A DNA stretch of 61,179 nt, filler included, from Dimargaris cristalligena (Eukaryota), in NCBI GenBank assembly GCA_003614675.1. It is 2 parts of 2 records of this genome, joined end to end, with 100 filler letters (N's around TTAATTAATTAA, not from the genome) between each part and the next. Parts side by side here need not be neighbours in the genome. Positions count along the whole stretch, not along the records: positions 30,643 to 61,179 come from ML002457.1; 1 more part is not named here. One strand, 5' to 3'. Positions 52,676-61,179 of this stretch are shown piece after piece. Positions within the stretch are counted from its first letter, which is position 1. Each line of letters opens with the position of its first letter. The notes under the pieces are model-generated. The model saw nothing but the letters and a program-made list of their open reading frames with translations, had not been told where the DNA came from and ran no database searches. Both the position numbers and the translations under genes were made by a program.

Positions 52676-54793
52676 GGTGATTGAACTAAGCAACAGGCGA
52701 TGTTCAACTAAAAAGAGGTGGGCTTAGTGGGGCAAAGTCAAGCTATATTACAACAGTCCACCGAGGGGTGTAGTTGGACAAGATTGCTGGGGGAAGGGGG
52801 GGATAGGGGCTAGCTCTGAGGCTTTACAAAAACTTTTAAATAAAAACGCAATGTAACTACAACCGAAGGAAGTAAGGTAAATACAGGTTGTTTGAGCTTT
52901 GCTTCAAGATACTGTTAGAAGGCCTGGGTTGGGGTCGGCTAACGCGGACCGACCGAGCCGAGCGTAGCGTAGCGGACAGTGGACGTTGGGATTACTTTGC
53001 CCCATTCTCCATCGCAAATTGGCCACGCCTGGTGTACCTGGCACAGCTCAGGTCATCCTAAATTCACTGTGTAGTCTCCCAGACTTGGGAGCTGATGGTT
53101 TGATCCTGAAGCATCAATTCTAGGGTATTGTTGAAAACACAGTCTCTGGAATTTCAGGATCAGGCCACATTAGTTATTGGGCCATTGGAGGTGGTCCTGT
53201 CCGGATCACGTGCAAAGGGGACATTTTACACCAGGATAGCGAGTGTCTAACCTGCCCTCCCTCACGTACCCTCGATCAATTCTATAGTTGGAGGGATAGT
53301 ATTCAATTTTTTTACCATTGAGCCAGTGTGTCCTTACCAAAAATACCCTAGCCCTTGGCAGCAATAGGGGGGGCGACGGGTACCGCCAAATCGCTCCAAA
53401 ATATACTTGGCAATAAATCCCCGAGTCTATCCAGTTGAGGTAATGGTCCGCGGAAGTTGGAAATGTGTAGTCCACAAGCATCGCTGTAAGAGCGAATACT
53501 AGCAGGGCCACTAAGCGACACAATAGTGCCTATAGCTTGCTGATTGTCGGTAATGGTACTGCCATATCAAGTTCCGGGGGTTTATGGACATAGGGCCCGT
53601 TGGTGTTAAACCACTGGAAGTCTTGTTTAAAACAGGCATTGTTGCATTTGGTCAATGGTACACCTAATAGCCCCAAGTTTATTGACCAGTGTCGGATATT
53701 ATTCGCTTACAGATCCCACTTCGCCAATTGGTTCATTGGTCTTTAGGGTAGGTTATTGGGGGTTACTCTGCCCAGAGGCTTGAGTATTGTGGCCAATCCA
53801 TTCCCAACCCTGAAGGATCAACTGGCCCAAGTTGGGCTTCTATTTTCATACTCCTTTATTACGGCCAGGCCCTCCATATCTCTGGTCAGTATTTAAGTAA
53901 CAGTAAGTAATAATACGTTACTGATATTGATAATGAGCCATTCCACCCTGTCACTCGTTAGCTTTGGAGTAGGTTTATCCCTGATTCGCGTAACCAATCG
54001 CCCTCCCCATGGCCATGGCTCTATTGGGCCATGGTTGACCCTCACCAATTCGTTTTTCCCATCCCAATAGCAAACAACGAAAGGTCTAAAGTAGGGGCTA
54101 TTCCATCAGTAGCCGTACAATTGGGCCATCCGACCACCCGTAAGAATAGGTTAGGGCCAGTGTCAGCATTAGCCTGCTGGGTTTGCTAAAGGCATAGAAG
54201 TTTTTATATAAGTATTGGCAAGTGACTGGACAGCGTCGAGCATGGATCAGCCATGCCTGCAATATTCACCTCAAATGGCATTCGAGCCGACAGCTGTCAA
54301 TCCTGCTTTTATTCGCCTTTAGCTTGACATCTGGGCTACCCCGTGTGCCGGTGATCAATTGACCGGATCCCTTTACCAATGGACTCTTATCGCCATAATA
54401 TTCCCTCTGCTTTGCTTGCCTGTAACCTCCAATGGTCAATAATAGAGACCCTCTTGGGCCCTTGGGGCAATCCCTCGCTAGGCTTGGTATGCCCATTTGC
54501 GCTAACAACGATGTTGCCAATTATGGTACATGGCAAATGGCACCCTATATAAGCACCTACGTCTGGCTATCGATAAAAAGGGTTGCTCTTCTGTATTACA
54601 AATCCCATGTGCCTGCTTTTAATTTCCCATAATTCATTTTAAACTTTCTATTTTCCTTGTTTTTGGTTTCCCGCAAACCACTGGCTGGCTGTGCCAATAT
54701 TTGAAAAATATTACCATTTTATATTTACCCCCCCCCCCCTTCTACCTCTTTATCATACCCGGGATTCACCGGAAAGAATCACCCTATATCGGC

Positions 54794-56740
54794 ATGCTAC
54801 TCCTTCCTAGCGTAATTTTAGTGTCACTGTCACTATGGACTCGTGTAGTGTCCGTGAGTGTCACCGCCTACAGTGACCAAGTGATCCTGGACAAGTCAAC
54901 TTTTCAAGTCCGAGACAACTCCTCCTCCTATAATATCGCTGAAAACTTCTCGACACCGCAAGGCTTTCTAGTTACAGATATGAAAGCAGAGTATAATGTA
55001 AGTATTTTGTAATATAAACCAACAGCTGCTCAAATATTCAGTGGCAATTCTTGCCATGTCCACTATATATTAGGTCGTAATTTCACCTCAATGGGGACTC
55101 AAGTTTTTCGTTTATATTTGAATGTTTAACACCACTTATTCCACTGCCGCCAGGGAATTTTGGTGGGCCTTGACTATTTAGAGACAGTTGGGTCCTTGGA
55201 GGGCGCTGACCAGATCGCACTCATTCCCGTATATACCCGACCCCAGATTGTGCAGGATCTAGCTCGAGTGAGCAACCCAAATATCAAGGCAATTATGATA
55301 TTTCCCTACCTCGCATCCTTGACTTCCGACAGATACTCCAGTGTCAAGCCGTTGGTTAAGGTGCCCGTGTTTTTCATTCCCCGGGAGTCGGGCTTATACC
55401 TCACGGACCAATTGAAGGAATTCAATCAAAATCCAAGTGACAATACGACTACCAACGGAACCACCGATAGCTTCCAGCGACTTTGGTCACGGATCTACTA
55501 CTTGGGTCTCAAAGAAACCTTGAAAGAAAGTAAACAGACTGACCTGGGCCTCATTCTGGGCTGTACTGCGGCGGGAATCGCCGTCCTGCTTGGCATCATT
55601 GCGCTCTGTCTCTGCCGCCGTTACCGCCAGACTCTGGGCCCCCACCGTAATTCCAAAAAAGACGGGTCCCAAGGATCCCGCCGGAGTCAAGGCATCAAGC
55701 GTCTGTTAGCTCTCCCGGTTAAATCGAAGCGGGCCCCGCCCATCAGCTCGGGCCAATTAAGGCAGCTCGCCGTGATCAAGATCAATAAGTCTAACCACGC
55801 CATGTTCCCTCTGGCCGGTCGCCAAGCCGTTCAACGCTTCCAGGAGCATGTTCCCGACTTCCGCACTTCCAGCGACGAGGATAGCGACTCGGAAATGGGC
55901 CGGCATTTCTTCCGGAGTCCTTTGAGTGAAAAATACCGGGCCAGTCCGGATCTTTTGCGTAGTCCAGGTCTCACATCCGATCTGCCGGTCAGTGCCACGA
56001 CTCCGGTGAATTACAGCCTGAACCCGGAACCCACCCGGGAGAAGCTCAAGTCGGGCGGGTCCGAGAGCGATGGAGATGGCCAATCCGGAGACGAGCGAAT
56101 CGAAATGACCCCTCAGTCAGAGTGGAGCCCCAAAACGCCCACCTCCAACGCCGTAATAGCGTCGACGTCGGCACCAGGGTCACCGGGGGGATCTACTAGC
56201 CAAGCCAACACTTCGGACCCCTTCGTACCTCCCATTATGGCACGGATGATGGATCGGAACAATGAGGTCGAATGGGCCAACTTTAAGAAGAACCAGGAAC
56301 CGCTCACCGGCAAACGGAGTCGGTCCAATTCCAAAAAACCCGAACCCATTATCCTACCTCCATCACCGTCGCTCTCGAAACGGTTTTCGAACATCCTGAC
56401 CCCCAACACGGCGGTGACCCAGGGCGGACTAAGGTCACCCTGGAATTGGCAGCGGTCACCGGGGAACCCGTTGTCGCCCCAGGACGCCAACGACCGCCTT
56501 AACGCATCCGCCTCCAGCTTGCGGCGGGTATTATGCCAGCAACCTATGCAGGGAGAGCCGGTCTGTGGCGTGTGTAATGATGAGTTCCGCGAAGGGGAGA
56601 GCGCCCGGCGCTTACCGTGTTATCATATTTTCCACCCCGAATGTGTCGATGCTTGGCTGACCCGGAAGACTGCTAGGTGCCCACTCTGCAAAACTAACTG
56701 TACCCCGAAAAGCACAATGGACGAGAGTACGTTGATCTAG
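54794..56740 (+). CDS. Signal peptide-luminal (PA-like)-TM-RING-H2 E3 ubiquitin ligase; exons 54794-54997, 55154-56740
   Basis: Hydrophobic N-terminus, PA-like VKVPVFFIPRESGLYL, TM LGLILGCTAAGIAVLLGIIALCLC and C-terminal RING-H2 CGVC...LPCYHIFHPECVDAWL...CPLCK. Confidence 0.88.
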
Positions 56741-59700
56741 CGTGTAGTAACTAGTCATATAGATACCTATAACCCCGGGGCGGGGTTTGCTTCTAGACCA
56801 CCCCTTGGTGATTACAGCTGCTCCTTCCTGATGCACTGGTTTGCCATTTATTTAAGATATTGAAGATTCGAGAGCATCAGACAATGCTCGCTTAATACGC
56901 CAATAAATTGTGTTGATAATACCATTTTCCTATTTCTGATTTTATTACTTGTGATATGCTTACTAGGTCCTTTCTTCATTCTCTGACAGAGTCACTTAAT
57001 CGACTGTATACCCCGACAACTCAGGGCTGATAATACCTTTAGGCAATCATTGTTTAGTCCTATAGGCCGTTTGGTTAAATTGGCTCGGGATACTCCAATC
57101 TATCCATTCAGTGTAGATTCGCTCGATTGTAATTTTCAAATGGTGAATGAAAGCGTATGGTCCACTCAATCATTCATATTTTACCAGCTGCTCTAAATGG
57201 CCGAGTTATTCACTTATAAAGTGTTTCCATATATTTCATTTGATCGGCAGCTTATTCAACTCGATAGTTTTAAACCTTACTTACTTTGCTCTTTTTAACA
57301 GCACTAGATTGTTAATCAACTTGGTCGTTTAACTGTACCGCTTACAGTAAATATACGATTGAAACCATCTGGGGCATACTCATTGTCAAATGCGAGGTAT
57401 TCACCGTCTTAGGTTTATTTATGTAGACTGAATTCTCTGAGGTGCCTGCATCGTCATCATCCAAGTTGGGGAAAATGGCGAAAGAGTCGAGGCAGATAAG
57501 CCCTGGGCATGAAAAAGTGGATGCCGACTGTGCCCTTTTCGAATCGACCAGTATTCTGACGTGTCTGACCCCATAGATATCTGATGTTTTAAAGGCGAGA
57601 CTTCGTGGGGTATTTTAATAGCGTGTTGACTCTGAAATCCTCACCAAATGTATATTCCCCTGAGGGGGCATACAATTTAATAATCCGCTATATTATATCG
57701 ATAGTATCCACCTCCTATAGGTGACATTGTCCTCTACTTCGGTGTAATCCTGCTTCTTCGAAAAAGTATCAAGTACTTCATTGTTTATTTTGTACTTATG
57801 TAAATACCACCTGGATTTGGAGACCCGTGTCCCTAGTTTCTTTTCCATTTTACATCATGCCTGGCTCTCGAACCAGACCTCAGTTCTTCCACCGAACTTC
57901 TAAAAGCGAGAAACTCGTCCGAAATACGGGCAAAATCCTGCAATTGCTCACCCTGATGTTGTATTCCACAACTACACCGGCCTCTCTGGCCCAACTGATA
58001 CCTAACACTATGAGTTAGAAATCGACGGCAATGTGGACCTACGTTGACCCGCGGAATTCCATCGTGTTTCTGCCAAAGCGTTGCCTAAATATATTCCCTC
58101 GTGGATCCTTACAAAGGCCAGGCAAGGGTTTGTCCTACCTGTGTTCCCCCCAATGATTAGGCCGGCCATCCACGGGCAATTTAATGTTTCAGCACTAGCC
58201 AGTCGTTGAAAGTACAAGGCGGCCCACCCAGTGGTACGGTGGCAACGCGTTAGGGGTGAATGGGTGAGAATTGGACGGCACAATAGATGCAGGCATCTCT
58301 TTTAAAACCAATGTATCAAGCTATGACCCCGTCCCTCCCCCAATTTTATGATCGAGGGTATTCGGTACTGTCTTACTTCACCCTTACCCCCAGATCCTTG
58401 GATAATCTTTTGATGAGCCGTTGGGCATATAGCCAAAACTGCTCCAAGCGGGGCTCTTTCAAAAAAATTAAAATTAGCATGGAGCACAGCAAGACTTTGA
58501 GATGGCTTAGAGACTATCCTAAAAAATGGATTTCATATTTCTATATTACAATAGGATTCAGCCCTATCCGCCTATCCACCCCTATATTTTAACCAGCCTA
58601 AATTCGGGGTTCTATTGCGATGAGAGGAATGGGCCTACAGATCAAAAACTAAGGCTGGTACCCTAAATGATAATTTTGCTGAATGCCGAATCGCTATATC
58701 CGAAACCTGATGGGGCCCGTTAGTGTGCAACTATCGAACTTTCTATATTTCTGTTACATTATTTCCTTTTTTCGGCATATTAAGAGGAGCTGGCATTCAC
58801 TTAATCCACCATCCCCTTTTTACGACCCCTGCACTCACGGTTGTTTCACAATCTGGCTGTGGGTGACCATTTAACTAATTCGCTGTATTGTAGATTCTGT
58901 ACAATGGTCCCCTTTTATTATTTTCAGCTGCAAATTATGCGTCTAGCCTTGATGTGTTCGTTCTTTCGCCCCATTCATTTCCCATGGAACTTGGAAAATA
59001 TGCATGGTTCGAATTCAGGGCAACCTCGCACCGTCAACCCCTTCACTTTTGTTTAACAAAAATAATGGTTGAGGCACACAGTATCGTATAGTACTGTTGA
59101 TGTTTTTGGCTCAAAAGGATACTTTTATTGTGCTGCTATCATTTACACTGAAAAATGCCACAATCCGACACAAGATAAGCCACGCTACTTCTAATGACTT
59201 TATGGCGATCCCAAGTAGTGGCTGAGTGGTTATACAGTTGAGTTCGGGAAAAGGTTGAGAAGGGGGGGTTTTCATGAACAGGACTGTTCATTCTGACATG
59301 GACTATGCCCTTCAACAATAGGCCTATGCGGCTGAATAAACCCAATGAGAAGGATTATGTTGATTCGAACATCTCCCCCAATATGGGAGCTATCTCAGAG
59401 TGCTATACCGGGCGGAAAATCCCTTTTTAATTTGTGTGGAGACCATAATTTTTCTAATGATTGCGCAGCGATCCAATTACTTGAATCAACACGCTTCACT
59501 TTATTTTTATAAATAGATATACATGGTCCAACCATTTGGCTCACACAGTGATAAATTCAAAAAATGGGGCTCTTTCCTAAAACCCCCCATGAATGGAGGG
59601 GTTGCGTTTAGCGAAGTAGCTGGGGAGGCCCCGCAATTCTTTTGTTTAAGCGCCGTCCTTTCCCTCACCCCAATTTTTGGGCGACTAATCCAGTAACCGC

Positions 59701-61179
59701 CCCACCACTCCCATTCACCGACCCCGAAACAAACAGGCAATTAGACATCAGCTTCCAATCCCACCAACTAAATCCATCACTTGCCAGTAATAAAAATAAG
59801 CCAATGCGTATAACTATACTCGGCCGATATAACGCCCTCGTTCGCCCCTCCTACCAAAAAAGCACCCTGGGAATAATCAATAATGAGGTGTAGATCCACG
59901 TTGACAAGAGAAGGCGTCTTCCGGGTCTGATTGAATTGAACTTCGCCAATGTCGGTTCACAGCCTTTTCGGCTATTTGGCTGATTGGTCAGCTAGATCCT
60001 TGCGAAATACGTGGGGTACAGGGAATTGGACCAATTCCGGTGATGGCATATCGACAATATAGATAATCAATAACCACCCGCTTAGGGCATGTATTAATTA
60101 GTTGTTTAATTCACCCCCGGCTATCCCGCCTTGGGAAATGGTTTAGTTTTCGATCACTGAATAGAAAGGGCCTTGGCCAAAGCCCACTGGGTCATTTTAC
60201 GCTACGGACTGACCTAAATAAATGTACCTCCGCGCTACGACACTGGATCTCGGTCATTACAATAACGTTGCCATTGAATTAACTGCGGGTTCGCTGATGG
60301 AAATACATTCGTGGTATTCCCGGAAGGCGGGTTAATCGTGAATGACTATCACTGCCGAGCCTGCCAGTGTGCGTTGGTGCCCAGTCTTATCACCAAATCT
60401 AAGGTTTGGGCACAGCGAGTGATGGAAACAAGTGGTCCGTTCACAGTAAAGCCCCGGCCGAACTGGGGAAACTCTCGACTGAGTAGGTCATCAAAGAGAC
60501 CCCATGTATCAGGCTTAGGTCGGGTGGCTAAATAAACCATCAGCTGGTCCCGCCTCTAGATCCAATGTGAGTGGTATTCGGTTGGTGGGGCATGGAAGAA
60601 GGACGCTTCCTTATGCAAAGGGAAGACCTTGATCAAGCATCCGATTGACTTGGCATTCGGGAATTAATCAGTTGTTGCTACGTCTTTAACCTAATACAGT
60701 GGTATTGTCGGCTCCCGTACATGCAGCTACAGGCGGCAAAGCCAATTCCACAAATGGGAATAAAAATTGATCAGTGGTGACGCATTGGATTGCCAGTGCT
60801 TGGGCCATGACCTTGACAAATATTGACACAACACTTCGGTATCCGACTAACCCTATTTTTCCTCGTGAAAGTTTGGCTAAGTGGTAAAGTGCGGGCCTGT
60901 GTGCTCTGAACTGGGTCAATTCCAGACCGCAGTGCACGGCCATTTGGATCAGTAGACCTGCAGAAATAGAATAATCGCATGTGTCAAAGCAAAACGCAGC
61001 ATAGTATTTCGGTATTGTTTTTTTATTATACGTGTGGATTGATCACCAGCTGACCAAACCACCCGGGGGAGGGAGGCGGAGAGAGCGAAAAGGAAACCAC
61101 ATCACGGAATGAAACAAAATGGGTGAAATTCAAACCAGCTGTATAAGGTTTTACATAATACGTGTATGGACGAATATGT

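Noticed and set aside
3726-56740. Apparent ubiquitin-system gene cluster (Elongin A, UBP8, RING E3)
   Set aside because: The genes are tens of kb apart, interleaved with unrelated housekeeping genes and split by a contig join, and these families are common.

Overview
Eukaryotic, intron-rich fungal DNA. Gene content and GT-AG introns suggest an early-diverging ('zygomycete'-grade) fungus; the taxon is inferred, not shown. By manual splicing I reconstruct 11 protein-coding genes: ERV46/ERGIC3, Elongin A, a DUF2408/Cub1-like protein, complex I subunit NDUFS5, an SLC25 mitochondrial carrier, RPA2, UBP8/USP22, an orphan secreted protein, a divergent HSF-domain factor, cytochrome b5 reductase and a PA-TM-RING-like E3 ligase. 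Several are partly or wholly missed by the ORF track because of short exons. Mid-window is an artificial 100-nt contig linker (44 N + TTAATTAATTAA + 44 N). It is flanked by LTR-retrotransposon debris: two ~580-bp TG...CA LTRs in opposite orientation and a Ty3/gypsy integrase C-terminus. The most notable observations are: (1) the transposon island is almost free of CpG and carries C->T/G->A lesions without frameshifts, a RIP-like or methylation-driven signature; (2) next to it is a secreted orphan protein with PY (WW-binding) motifs; (3) an intron of the carrier gene holds a sense-strand hairpin ending exactly at an alternative 5' splice site that would introduce a stop codon; (4) the HSF protein has a rewritten recognition helix and sits behind a ~17-kb gene-free region. 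No tRNA, rRNA or CRISPR array was recognised.
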